From the human T2T-CHM13v2.0 reference genome, Homo sapiens: 64,000 bases of DNA. Where the stretch lies: the NCBI RefSeq assembly GCF_009914755.1, contig NC_060929.1, one strand, 5' to 3'. Below the pieces are notes generated by a model, which did no database searches, was not told the origin of the DNA, and saw only the letters and a list, made by a program, of their open reading frames with translations. The position numbers and the translations under genes were made by a program. Shown here piece after piece: positions 30,293 through 43,229 of the stretch. The stretch's first letter is position 1, and each line of letters begins with the position of its first letter.

Positions 30293-30904
30293 TCTTACCT
30301 AGTAACTGGAAAACATAGGTTTATATGGAAAAAAAATTTTTCACAATGTTTTTATCTATTCAGTGACAGTTTAAGACTAGATATCTTCTCAGGTAAGTTG
30401 ATAAATAAATGCATAATTCTATTAGAAAAAAAGGAAAGATTGTATTTGAAAGTCTCCCATCATAAATGTGTGTTAGCATAATATATAGCACAGCAAAATT
30501 ATTTTTACGCATTTTAATACAATTTGTAAAGGCTCATTGACCAAAATATTTTAACTGGATGCTGCAATTAAAATAATTTGCAGATTTTGCTTGATTTACA
30601 GCTACACTAATGCAAGGTCATTAATTCTTGTAATTATGCTCATGCCATTCTTTATTGCAGGAGAGTATACATATAGCACGTGATTGTATGCAATTATTAT
30701 TTAAACTACTATAAAGAACATTTCACCAATGAAATACTGATGTTTTATATTTCTCAAAGAATAGGGTAACAAAAATAGTTTGCAACATGAGATAAATCCA
30801 GAAGTTGTGAATATTAAATAGTTGTGGATTTAAATTTTGTTTTCTATGTTGCACTTTTTATATATAATGCTAGAAGGTACAGACATAGGTTTAATTAGTG
30901 ATAA

Positions 30905-31535
30905 TGTGTCTGGAATTGGTTCCTTCCAGTGGGTTCTCGGTCTCGCTGACTTCAAGAATGAAGCCGCAGACCCTCACGGTGAGCGTTACAGTTCGTAAAG
31001 ATGTTGTGTCAGGAGTTTGTTCCTTCACATGTTCAGATGTGTCCGGGGTTTCTTCCTTCCGGTGGTTTCATGGTCTCCCCGACTTGACTTCAGGAGTGAA
31101 GCCGCAGACCTCTGCAGTGAGTGCTACAGCTCATAAAGGTAGCACAGGCCTGAAGAGTGAGCAGCAGCAAGATTTACTGTGAAAAGCAAAAGAATGAACC
31201 TTCCAAAGCTGGAAGGAGCCCCAAACAGGTTGCCGCGGCTGGCTCCCCTGGCCAGCTATTATTCCCTTATTTGGCCCCACCCACGTCCTGCTGATTGGTC
31301 CATTTTACAGACCGCTGATTGGTCCGTTTTTACAGAGTGCTGACTGGTGTGTTTACAAACCTTTAGCTAGACACAGAGCGCTGACTGGTGAGTTTTTACA
31401 GAGTGCTGATTGGTGCATTTACAAAGCTTTAGCTAGACACAGAGCACTGATTGGTGCATTTACAATCCTTTAGCCAGACAGAAAAGTTCTCCAAGTCCCC
31501 ACGTGACCCAGAAGCCCAGCTGGCTTCGCCTCTCA
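30905..31535 (-). mobile_element. LTR12 (ERV9) solo LTR
   Basis: The minus strand starts TGAGAGGCGAAGCCAGCTGGGCTTCTGGG and ends ...TCCAGACACA. Tandem U3 units TTTAGCTAGACACAGAG...CTGATTGG; duplicated GAAGCCGCAGACC U5 units. 4-bp TSD ATAA at 30901-30904 and 31536-31539. Confidence 0.95.
31255..31460 (-). promoter_or_regulatory. LTR12 U3 promoter: CCAAT (NF-Y) box cluster and TATA-like element
   Basis: Four CTGATTGG (CCAAT on minus) and two mutated CTGACTGG. Minus-strand GGGAATAATAGCTGG at the LTR12 TATA position. Activity is not shown by the sequence. Confidence 0.6.
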
Positions 31536-31988
31536 ATAACATTGTTAAATTTATAACCTCAACTAGAAAGGAGGATGAGCATAGTCCAGCTGAAGAAAGA
31601 GCTAAAATATCGATTTAGAACTAGTCTACATATTTTGAGAAAAAAACATTTCATTCAATTTGCTGTTTTATCTAATAACTAAGAGTGATGCTAATACATG
31701 CATGAAAATACTTCATTCTGAAATTATGAGCATTGTTTGAATAACTTATGAAAGGGGTTCCCCATTCCTCAGAAAGATTTCCAAAAAGGAAAGATATAAC
31801 AATACTCAGGCAAGTACTTTTTTCATTCTGTAAAAATTTCATGCAAAGCAACATTTGTAACAGAAGTGTAAAGTGCTAATACAACATACCAAATACGTTT
31901 GTACACACTTTTTGTTTAATAAATATGCCATTCCTCAAAGCACGCTTCTAGCCATCCTCTTACTCACTATGTGTAAAATCTGTGCTGC

Positions 31989-32285
31989 TTTTTTTTTGTT
32001 TGTTTTTGAGATGTTTTCCCGCTTGTTACTCAGGCTGGAGTGTGTGGTGTGATCTCAGCTCACTACAACCTACACCTCCAGGTTCAAGTGATTCTTGTGC
32101 GTCAGCCTCCCGAGTAGCTGGGACTACAGGGGCCCGCCACCACACCTGGCTGATTTTTGTATTTTTAGTAGAGATGGGGTTTTGCCATTTGGCCAGGCTG
32201 CTGTGGAACTCCTGGCCTCAAGTGAACTTCCTGCCTTGGCCTCCCAAAGTTCTGTGATTAAATGCATGAGCCACCACACCCAGCC
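31989..32285 (-). mobile_element. Alu (old AluJ/S)
   Basis: Diverged antisense Alu; TSD CTGTGCTGCTTTTTT on both sides. Confidence 0.93.
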
Positions 32286-32999
32286 TGTGCTGCTTTTTTA
32301 CAAAAAATAAATTTGCTATCTAAGGCTGTGTCCTTATGTAGTATCATGCTTACTTAAGCATATGCTTGAACTTAATATGAACGGGATAATAATACATTTT
32401 ATACAAAAATTTTCCATCAAAGTTGGTAAAATAACAAGGAACAAAAGCAAGCGGGAATTAGGTAAAATATTTAGCAAATTTATGACTAAGGATCCTTTCC
32501 ACGGTAGCATTCTGCCTGTCTTGGGGGCAATGAGGTCAGATCCTTGAAGCTCCACCTTTCTATTTTGGATAGAGTGGTGCTATTCAGTCAAAGTTTGCCT
32601 CTCTCTCTGCTTCATCTGCTTTCCATTTATTTACAATTGACCAACTGGGGGAAATATTATTTCTTTATCAAGGGCAATAAAGTAATTAGGTGACTGCCAA
32701 GCTTGTTTGGGTGGTGCATTTCTATTCTGCTTTGAAGATAACTATTCATGATTCAATCTTGGGTTTTAATTTTCAGCTTACCTTTTAAAATGCAACCATA
32801 TTTTCAAGTTCATTGAAGTAAGCAAGAGGAAAGATCATTGCAATGTCACCATCCATATCACCTACAAATATGTTAAAACTTTTATTATTTCTCTATAAGT
32901 ATTATCTATGTGTAGACAATTGGCCAAATAGTTACATTATATTGACAAAAAGTCATGATTCTTGTCCTTGAGACATAAAATAGAGTATGAATTAATAAA

Positions 33000-33532
<533 letters not shown>

Positions 33533-33599
33533 TCAAGAATCAAAATTCAAATGATCTAATGGAGTATTTATATTTCTGGGGGGTCTAACTTCTCCACAC

Positions 33600-34110
33600 A
33601 ACTATTATGATTCCCTAAATTACCTTCCAATAAACCACTGATACTTGAATTCCCATCTCAAGGTTGATTTTGGGTAAATCAAAACAAAGACAAGTGGTAT
33701 TAGAAGTGGATTCCTAGAAGGCAGATTCTCATAATGGGTTTCCAGTACAGAATTGTCCTCTGGCTATTTATGGTGATAAGTGAAGGAGTGAGAACTCTTA
33801 GCGTAATAAAACATCCGAAGTTCTAAGACCCCCCACATGTTGTGAATTTGGTTGGAGTAAAGATCTAAGGGTCCATACTGGGCTATAAAAATAGTGTAGT
33901 ACTTGAGCAGTACTGTAAAAATGGCAATTATAAATAATTATGAGTGTTGAGGAGGTAATATGAACACTCAAGTTCAAAGCAGTAAAATAAAAATTAAAAA
34001 AAAAAGACAGACTTAGGTAAGCCATCTATCAACTCGGAGAATGCTGATGCTTTGTTGAAAGAGAGCTTTGTCTTATAAATTAGGCACTTATAAAAGTAAG
34101 TAAATCTCAG
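33600..34110 (+). mobile_element. Ancient ERVL LTR 3' end (LTR16-like) plus start of internal sequence
   Basis: CCAATAAACCACTGATACTTGAATTCCCATCTCAAGG...AAACAAAGACA then AGTGGTATTAGAAGTGG...AGGCAGATTCTCA, resembling the LTR16/HERV16 junction as I recall it. Confidence 0.5.
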
Positions 34111-34125
34111 ACTTGAGGAATATAC

Positions 34126-34379
34126 TGAAGCAGGAAATTCCCCTGACCCCTTGGTGGGTGGGAACTGCAGTGCAGGCACTGGAGCTAGCCAGCTGCTTCA
34201 GCATTGGCAGGGGCAAACTCCACTCACTGGAACCTGTGGGCGCTCAACCCTTCCCGGGAAGGGGCACGCAGGTGAGCGCTTTTGGGTGTCAGCTGGAACA
34301 AAACTCTGTGAGCCCCACGGAAGCATCTAGAGGGGAGTACCAATGACCTCCAAAGCCCTAGACAGCAAGTGTTACAGTG
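34126..34379 (-). mobile_element. ERV1 LTR fragment (LTR1/LTR27/LTR28/MER52 group)
   Basis: TGAAGCAGGAAATTCCCCTGACCCC...GGCAGGGGCAAACTCCACTCACT...GTGTTACAGTG; truncated at the THE1 junction. Confidence 0.7.
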
Positions 34380-34669
34380 GGAGGCACCTGGTGGAAGGTA
34401 ATTGAATCATACGGGCGGCTTTTTCCTGTGCTGTTCTCGTGATAGTGAGTAAGTATCACGAGATCTGACGGTTTTATAAAGCGTAGTTTTCCCTGTACAA
34501 GCTCTCGCCTGCCGCCATGTAAACGTTCTTTGCTCCTGCTTCGTCTTCTGCCGTGATTGTGAGGCCTCCCCAGCCATGTGGAACTGTGAGTCCAGTAAAC
34601 CTCTTTTTCTTTATAAATTACCCAGTTTCAGATACGTCTTTATTAGCGGCGTGAGAATGGACTAATACA
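34377..34669 (+). mobile_element. THE1C-like LTR lacking its first ~65 bp, CpG-rich
   Basis: GGTAATTGAATCAT...TGTTCTCGTGATAGTGA...GAGGCCTCCCCAGCCATGTGGAACTGTGAGTCCA...GGACTAATACA. Confidence 0.93.
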
Positions 34670-35053
34670 CTAACTTTCTCAGTGAGCATCTTATTCCAGT
34701 TATAAAACTACCTCTGGTTCTGAAGATACAAAGATAGGATAATGCTAACTATTTCTTTGCATAAGGCAAGTGAAAAAATACAGATGACCTGATATCTTCT
34801 ATCTGCCTACTCTCTCTACCTTTTGAAAGCTCTTTTTCTGTTGCTTTAATAGCATTGAATTGATACGCCATTATTGTGTCTATTCCTTTCACAATACCCT
34901 TAAATAAAGTCTTACTTTTAACTTTTTCCAGTGCCGTTTTTGTTTTGCTGAACCTTAGAAAAATTAATAGTTTACAGTAAATTAGGTGGAGATGCTAGAA
35001 CATCTGAGGCAAAATATTGAGAATGGGTTTTAAAGGCTACATAAAAATATGCT

Positions 35054-35406
<353 letters not shown>

Positions 35407-35940
35407 TTAGGAGAGATTCCCTTCACTAAAGTGGTGAGATATATGTCATGCCACTACCATCAAGATTTCAGATAAAACAGGAGAGGTAAATCTTCCCCAA
35501 AACCCAGTCTACTGCCATCAAAGGTGCAGAAAATATATATTGTCTATGAAATACAATTGATGTTCATCACATATAATCCTAATTTATTTTACCTTGCCTT
35601 TTGTGTATTCCAGTAGACTATTTAAATATTTCATAATGACAGAAGCTATGAATAAAAACAAAATTAATTTTATTTTTCATATTTATATTCCATTTATTTC
35701 TAAATAGGATATTGCAACTTAATATTATTTTTTAAAGATGCAAACACAAACATCATTAAATTGTTTAAAAAATTCAGAAAAAAATTAAAATACATGGAAT
35801 GAAAAAGGCACCTATATGAGGGATAAAGATCCTACTTAAAATTAGTTGTGAGTATACTAGTGGACAACAAAAAAGAGATTACAATTGGATATGTTGCTCC
35901 TGTTATCCAAAGTAGGAAGCCCATTCTTTCTGTGGATCAG

Positions 35941-36528
35941 TGTCTTAGTTTTCTATCACTGCTGTAGCAAATAGTCACAAATTTCATTGTTTGGAACAAC
36001 ACAAACATATTTTCTTAAAATTCTGTAGGCCAAAAGTCTTGGTAGGCTCAACTGCTTCCCCTTTTCCAAATCTCACAGGACTACAATCAAAGCATCGGTT
36101 AGCCTGGGCTCTTATTTCAAAGCTTTGAGAGAGAATCTTCTTCCAAAATCATTCGTGTTTCTGGCAAAATTCCTGTGCTATCCTGGCAGGCTATTGGCTG
36201 GGAGACCTAGCTGCTTTAGACCACCTGCATTCCTGATCGCTTCATCCTTTCATTCTTCAAATAAGCAATGTATGTTAAGTTCTTAAGCTTTAAGTCTCTC
36301 TAACATCTCTTTTGCCAGATTTCTTCTTCTCCAGCTGAAGATAGCTCTCAGCTTTTAAAGGTTCCTGTGACTAGATTGGACCCCCTCATAAATTTCAAAT
36401 TAATCTTTTAATTTTAAGATCTTCAACCTTAATTACATCTGCAAAATTCCTCTGTTCAAGAAATATTATGTATTCAAAGGTTCCAGGAATTAGGGAGTAG
36501 ATATCTTTAAGGGGAAATTCTGCCTTCC
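35941..36528 (-). mobile_element. MLT1E-like LTR
   Basis: TGTCTTAGTTTTCTATCACTGCTGTAGCAAAT...AACCTTAATTACATCTGCAAAATTCC...GGTTCCAGGAATTAGG. Confidence 0.8.
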
Positions 36529-39494
36529 ATGGGGAGAAACTTGGAATGTCAAGCTTTCCTAGTACCAAAATATTGCCAAACACACAAGCACAGCCTTTTC
36601 GAATATGACTTAAGTTGGGTCATAATAATAAATGTAATAATATTAAGCAATAATGTCCTTAATACCTCTGAAATTATTTAGGCATACTTCATTTCCTTTG
36701 GCAGTTGTAAATTCCCAAGCAATCTTGTTTCATAATAATAAAATGTTTTACCCAGACAAGGGTAGTGTAGTTGCTTCTAGAAGTAAATTGTCTCAAGATG
36801 TGTTGAAATTGTACTTTCTTTAGACAATGGTTCTGATATAATATTTTCTGACTTTTGATAGAGGCTAAAATTAGGTAGTTTTTTCTAAAAGTATTTAATT
36901 AGGGCTTTGGATACTGGTAGTTTTATATTGTGAATTGGGAGATTTGTTCACTTTGCAATTAGATAAACAGAAGATGAGTTTGAGCACCAATTGCATTTTT
37001 CTCTTCCTCTGTCAATAGAGTTTGTTAGGTAAAATCCCTCAAATATCAGGTGAACTCAAAAGAATGTCTTTTGTATTTAAACTGGTTGCATAGATTCATG
37101 TATATCAAGTGCTTGAAAATTAGCTAATATTTTCTTTAATATGATGAAGATGCCTCATTTTCATTCTTTCTAAATGTACTTCAGTTGCTGAGAGAATTTT
37201 AGTATGCTGAGTGATAGTTCTGGCCTTTTGGCAAATCAGGCATATCCTGAATGTAATGATAATCCCCACCCAGCAGGTATTTCTAACTGAATACAAACAA
37301 AATTAACTGTGTGAAAATGTTCATATAATTATGGTGTGACAGGATGTGAGATAAGACACTTTATTTTCCTTATTGTCAATAGGCAGATTGCAGACTAATT
37401 TAGTGATTTAAAAGACATAAACAACTAATTTTTTAGGCATAAAAAACCTAAATCAATGTTTGAGGCAACTAAATAACTAAATACTGTGAGGTAAACATTT
37501 TAAAATAAAATATTTTTATATTCTTATTTTCTTTTATGTACTATTAACAGGCTTGGAAATATTGTTTCCTCTTCTTAAATATACACAATAATACATATTT
37601 TGGTAGTTTATTCATCTTAAAAATAATGAAAGAATCCAGTATTTATTTTGAAGACATTGCATATGCATATACAGTTATATAAATATGTATTCTTTTTCAA
37701 TATTTTCCGATACTCCAAGTCTCATGACTCATAGAATAAAATTGAAAATAAAAGCTGTTGACTAATATGATTTATTTCTGTTTGCAAATTTGTAAATAGG
37801 AAAGCCTCTCAAATGCTTATCAGCTCCAAGAATACATAAATACAGAATATCGAGCTCCTATTGCTGCATATTCCAACCCCCCACAAGCTGCCATCTGTTA
37901 CTCATAGGTACAGCTTTCTAACATCAGGTCTCTATGAACTCGATGCTTATGTTTTACAAAATAAATGGTGGAAAGAAACCAAAAATGGTTAGAGTCTCAT
38001 CTCTACCACTGTCAAATGGGCTTCATTTTTCCCTTTTCTCACAGCAAATAACAAAATATCCTCCAGAGAGTTGTGCTAAATGCTGCCTCTGGTCATATGT
38101 TGCTTGGTGTGTAGGGAGCAGCCGCAATGGAGCAACAACATTATTTGCAGATGTTATTTTGTGTTCTGAAGTGTTATTTTCTTATTAATTTATGCTAAGT
38201 CAAATTTGCACTGAAATACTAAAGTACTAAATACTGAATTTAGTATTTTGAAGAATATTGAGGAGTATAAGAAGGACATGTATCACAATTGCTTTTATTT
38301 ATTAATAAAATAATAGTGTTTATCTTAGTTCTTATATATAACTTTTTTAAAGTAACATGGAAGCATGAGTAAAGTTAAAACTTTGAGTGACCATTTTCAG
38401 AAATAAAACTGTATTTAGGTACCTGGAAACCAAAATTTAGACTTAAAGTGAAAGATAGGATTTGGATTATCTAGTTTTGATGTGAAGAAAGCAAGCTGAT
38501 CCAGGCTGCCATTTACTTGAACTACTCTTTGTAGGCCTCAGCCTCACGTTCAAAAGTGTTCCACACAGCTACTGGGTACAGTTGTCTCTATTTAACCATA
38601 CATGAAGGAGGGTCATAAAAGCATGGGATTTAGTAAATTGGTATGCTGAGTCATATGTTGCAATAAACTGCATATAATAAATTAGTTGAAATATGCAATG
38701 CACAGGTGGGGATGTATATAATATACATAAAACTATGTAATATATACCTACATACATACATACGATATTACAGCAAAATTTGGAGCTATATTCCAATTGT
38801 TTTCCCCTTATACATTTGAGGAACTCTTTGGTCAGCATATGGCTCTCTCATAAGGTCTCCCTGCCTTTTTTTAATGTCCAACCCTCCTTTGCATTCCCAC
38901 CTGGCCCAGAACGTGTGCTCATCCTGTACTTAAGTAATTATTGCATTCATTCAATCTTTATCCCAGAGCTTTTTTTTTAATTGTGCAGAGTTTTCACACT
39001 ACCTACAATTTCTAGAATGTTCTGTCTACAAAGCATGAAGGATTCGTGTCTATTTATCTTGATCTAGCAGTTTCTTTTTCTATGGCACTGAATAAACTTA
39101 TAAAAATGCAGGATTTAAAAAATATGATTCAATTTTTCTAAAGATGGTGAAAGTGATATTTTCTTTAGAATTTTTTCCTGATGGATATTATGTATAAATC
39201 TCTCTGATTTCACATGGCAAAAATAAGGTTAAGTTAAAAATTACCTGAGAGAATCCTTGAATTTATGACTTCTGGGCTTAAGTTTTATTGTAACATCTCC
39301 ACGTTTCAATATTTAACTATCTCTGGGCCACATAAAGCATGAGGACAGGTACTTTTGATATATTTGCTGTGTTGTGGGAGAAAAACAAATCTCACCATTT
39401 TCTTATAATTGCCCCAAAATTTTAGTTTAAGAAATACTTTTAATAAAAGTAGTCTCCTTCCCAGATTAGTAAATGTATTCTAACTAAAGGGTTT

Positions 39495-39587
39495 TGTGTG
39501 TGTGTGTATGTGTATATGTATACACCTATATATATTCATGTATATATATACATCTATATATATACACACACACCTTTAGTTAGTCTA

Positions 39588-39620
<33 letters not shown>
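39495..39620. repeat. Compound (TG)n/(TA)n/(CA)n microsatellite with an 11-bp inverted copy of its flank
   Basis: CTAACTAAAGG at 39480-39490 and CCTTTAGTTAG at 39573-39583. Confidence 0.93.
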
Positions 39621-39621
<1 letters not shown>

Positions 39622-40479
39622 AAAGTTATAGTCAATTGAACTCAACAAATCAAATGATTGAATGTGCCCTATCTGCCAGGTATTCGATAATATAATTGAG
39701 AGTGAATACAAGAAAAAATAAACTATACTTACTATCTCAGGAAGTCCATTTTAATTGGGAAGTAAAAATGTAGCCACATAAACATGTTACATATTGATAG
39801 GATACATTTTGGTGGTGTTTGCCAGGTGCTGCAGTTGTGGAATTAGCAGCCATTAATTTTATCCTAGGGGTTGAAGATACTGTTAGTGCTAGTTTTTGAA
39901 GAACAACTGGGGAATTTCCAGCTGAATTTGATAAGGACAATACAGGGAATAGAAATACTATTGTCAGAGAGCTTTACAATGCAAAGTTTCTGTGTTCCAG
40001 TAATGTGTCTGTACAAGAACAGAAAAACTATCGTGGATTCAAATTTGAAACTGTTTGTAAGCCTGAACAAATAATTTTAAGCAGAGGCATTCACAGTGTG
40101 ATTTATTTTATAAAGAATATTTGGGATCTCAAATTGCAGAATGGATAGTTTATATTAGAAAAGTATTTTAACAGTTCAACGTAGGAATAATTGCAAATTG
40201 AACTAGGGTAGAAATTGTGGGGAGAAGATAGATATGTATGCACTTATATGTACAGATGTGCATACCTCCTTGTTTGGATGATGGGACCCAACACATGGGC
40301 ACTTGCATAGACGAAAAGCAAATTCTATGTTACTTTCAACCCCAAAGGAGAGAAGACTGCCTGGCAGGGTACACAAGGTGGCCCACCCAGAGACAGAGTA
40401 ACCTCAGGATGGAGCTGTAAGAGATAGGTAATGTATAGCAAGTGGGGAGAGATGAGTGAGGTTTGGTATCTGGCTCTGG

Positions 40480-40880
40480 GGAAATTCAGGGAAGTGTTTG
40501 TGACTGAGCATGTGAGAGCCTGATAAGGGAGCTGGTTGAGGTGGGCCTCTTCCAGCCAATTGGAGGTCTGAGTATAACAAAAAAGCAGAGTAAGAAGGAA
40601 TTCCTCTGGCTGGACTGCCTTGAACTGCAATATAGGAATTCTCCAGCCTGCAGACTTGAATTGAAACGTTGGCTCTTTTGGGGTGGAGCTTTCTAGTCTT
40701 TAGATTAGAGCTTTTTGCATCAGCTCTTCTGGGTCTCCAGCTTGCTGACTGCCCATCTTGGGACTTCTCTGTCTGCATCTCTCTTATGTGTATACATAAG
40801 ATTTGTTGTTAAATTTTACACACACACACACACACAATTGGAATCTGTTGGTTCTGTTTTTCTGAAGAATCCTATTACAG
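40480..40880 (+). mobile_element. MLT2 (ERVL) LTR
   Basis: AACAAAAAAGCAGAGTAAG...TCTTCTGGGTCTCCAGCTTGCTGACTGC...CTGTTGGTTCTGTTTT...TTACA. Confidence 0.8.
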
Positions 40881-40935
40881 GTCCACATGGGGAAGTACTA
40901 GATTTCGGCAGAAGGAGAAGTAAGGAAAAAGTATA

Positions 40936-41516
40936 GATTCCTCAGGGATCTAGAACTAGAAATACCATTTGAACCAGCCATCCCATTACTGAGTATATAC
41001 CCAAAGGACTATAAATCATGCTGCTATAAAGACACATGCACACGTATGTTTATTGCAGCACTATTCACAATAGCAGACTTGGAACCAAGTCAAATGTCCA
41101 ACAATGATAGACTGGATTAAGAAAATGTGGCACATATACACCATGGAATACTAGGCAGCCTTAAAAAATGATGAGTTCATGTCCTTTGTAGGCACATGGA
41201 TGAAATTGGAAATCATCATTCTCAGTAAACTATCGCAAGAACAAAAAACCAAACACCGCATATTCTCACTCATAGGTGGGAATTGAACAATGAGAACACA
41301 TGGACACAGGAAGGGGAACATCACACTCTGGGGACTGTTGTGGGGTGGGGGGAGGGGGGAGGGATAGCTTTAGGAGATATACCTAATGCTAAATGACGAG
41401 TTAATGGGTGCAGCACACCAGCATGGCACATGTATACATATGTAAATACCCTGCACATTGTGCACATGTACCCGAAAACTTAAAGTATAAAAATAATAAA
41501 ATAAAATAAAATAAAT
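40936..41516 (+). mobile_element. 5'-truncated young L1PA (L1PA3-like) 3' end
   Basis: GATTCCTCAGGGATCTAGAACTAGAAATACCATTTG...GCTAAATGACGAGTTAATGGG (GAG, non-Ta)...AACTTAAAGTATAA plus (AAAAT)n tail. Confidence 0.96.
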
Positions 41517-42779
41517 AATATTTAGGAAGAACCATTACTTAATAAAAGATAAACCATTTATTCAAATATTTTCTTTTATTTCTGAATCCATCACTGTGGG
41601 AAATCTGGAATTCTACATTTCACAAGACAATGAACTTTTGTTTGCCCTGGAGAAATATGTAACTTTTCACAGGCTTTTTCTATTTTAACATATATAGAGA
41701 TAGTGTTTGGAAATTTAAGAACAAGAGTGGACCTAAGTATGAAAAATACGTACAACTTTTTCTTTAGTTACTCTTGATACTTTTCATTGTTCAGGTTTTA
41801 TGTATAATAAAACCTTACTTTATTTCCTTTCTTTTTAGTTTTCTTCCTTTGTTTTGCTATTGCTATAGCACAGGATAAAGAACTTACAGAATATACATTG
41901 ATTGGTTATGCAATTTAATTAATTTTTAGGAGTTATGATTATTATAATCATCAAAGCCTTGGGCTCAAAATAAAAATAATGATTTTCATTTTTAAATATA
42001 CTTTTATTTTAAGGAATCAGTGGCTATGATTAATTTAATAGCACTCCTTCAATTCTAATAATGTTTTGTTACAAAGCTTACATGTCATTTCTTTAAGCCA
42101 GCTCTTTTTATGTTATTAATGTTAGAACATTTTAAGTCAATGATTTCATTTGCTAATATTGGTTTATTTCTAACAGCATCCATCATTGTTTAACAGTCTG
42201 TTGGAGTGTTGCAAATTTATGAATTTTTATTATGAGGGCTCCTTTTGGCAACAGATAATTTTTTGTTAACTATCATCAAAAAAGATAGAGGCTTTCTTCT
42301 TTCAAGAACAATTTGTGTTTTGATAAAAACAATGTGTTATAATGGATTACATTTATTTTATATAATGTTATAACTATTAGGGATGAGGCTTTTATAGAGA
42401 TTATTATAATAACTTTGCTAGTCATTGATTTTTATTCAGTAATATATGTTGTCTTGTGTGTTTGTGTGTGTGTATTCATTCCCATGGATACTTGTCCTAT
42501 GGTTGTAAAAACATTAATGTCAAAATGCATGAGTTGAATTTAAGACATGGAGAGACTGCAATTGTAGTAGCAATTAATTTTGTTCACTATGTATTCAAAT
42601 ATGGTCACCTCACTGAATTCTGAAAATATAATAGAATTATCCTTCCTGATTCTGATGTGGGTGACTGCAGTCATAGGATTAGTTCTGAAAAATTATAAGT
42701 GCATAAAACATCTCACTTATAGGAAAGACATTTACTTAATAAGAAGAGCTTCAAGAACATTCTTTACTTACGCCACAAT

Positions 42780-42978
42780 ATCTGGCAGAATTTGTGATAT
42801 AGTTAGTAAACAAGCCCAGATACCTAAATGACTACAGTGAGCACAGGAGCCACCTCCCATATACAAACTTACAACTGACATGTTCCTTGAGCAAGTAATA
42901 AACTTTTATTGTATCAAGACATTGTTATTTTATTTGGAGAATATTATAGAATAATCTCTGTTATCCTGATTTACATAA
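42780..42978 (+). mobile_element. Ancient MLT1 (MLT1J-like) 3' fragment
   Basis: AAGCCCAGATACCTAAATGACTACAGTGAGCACAG...GAGCAAGTAATAAACTTTTATTGTATCAAG. Confidence 0.5.
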
Positions 42979-43229
42979 CACAATTCACCTTTTTCATATG
43001 CATGTAAGAATACAGATCATTAACATGGTTATTTTCTATGAAAATTATAGTTCAAGTTTTAATCTGATACTTGAAATAACAGTATGCCTTTGCCCAACTA
43101 AATATAACTTGCTTTTTTATTGTCAGTGAGGATAATGATTTTTATCACTATATTTCTCAAAATACAAAGCAAGAAAGAATTCACCGAGTCTGTAATTAGT
43201 TCAGGAAATATGTTGAAGAAACATAAGGG

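Noticed and set aside
31290-31480. Regularly spaced direct repeats, superficially CRISPR-like
   Set aside because: These are LTR12 U3 tandem units with no unique spacers, in a eukaryotic context.
38020-38100. Strong + strand acceptor TTTTTCCCTTTTCTCACAG
   Set aside because: No convincing downstream donor; isolated acceptors are common by chance.
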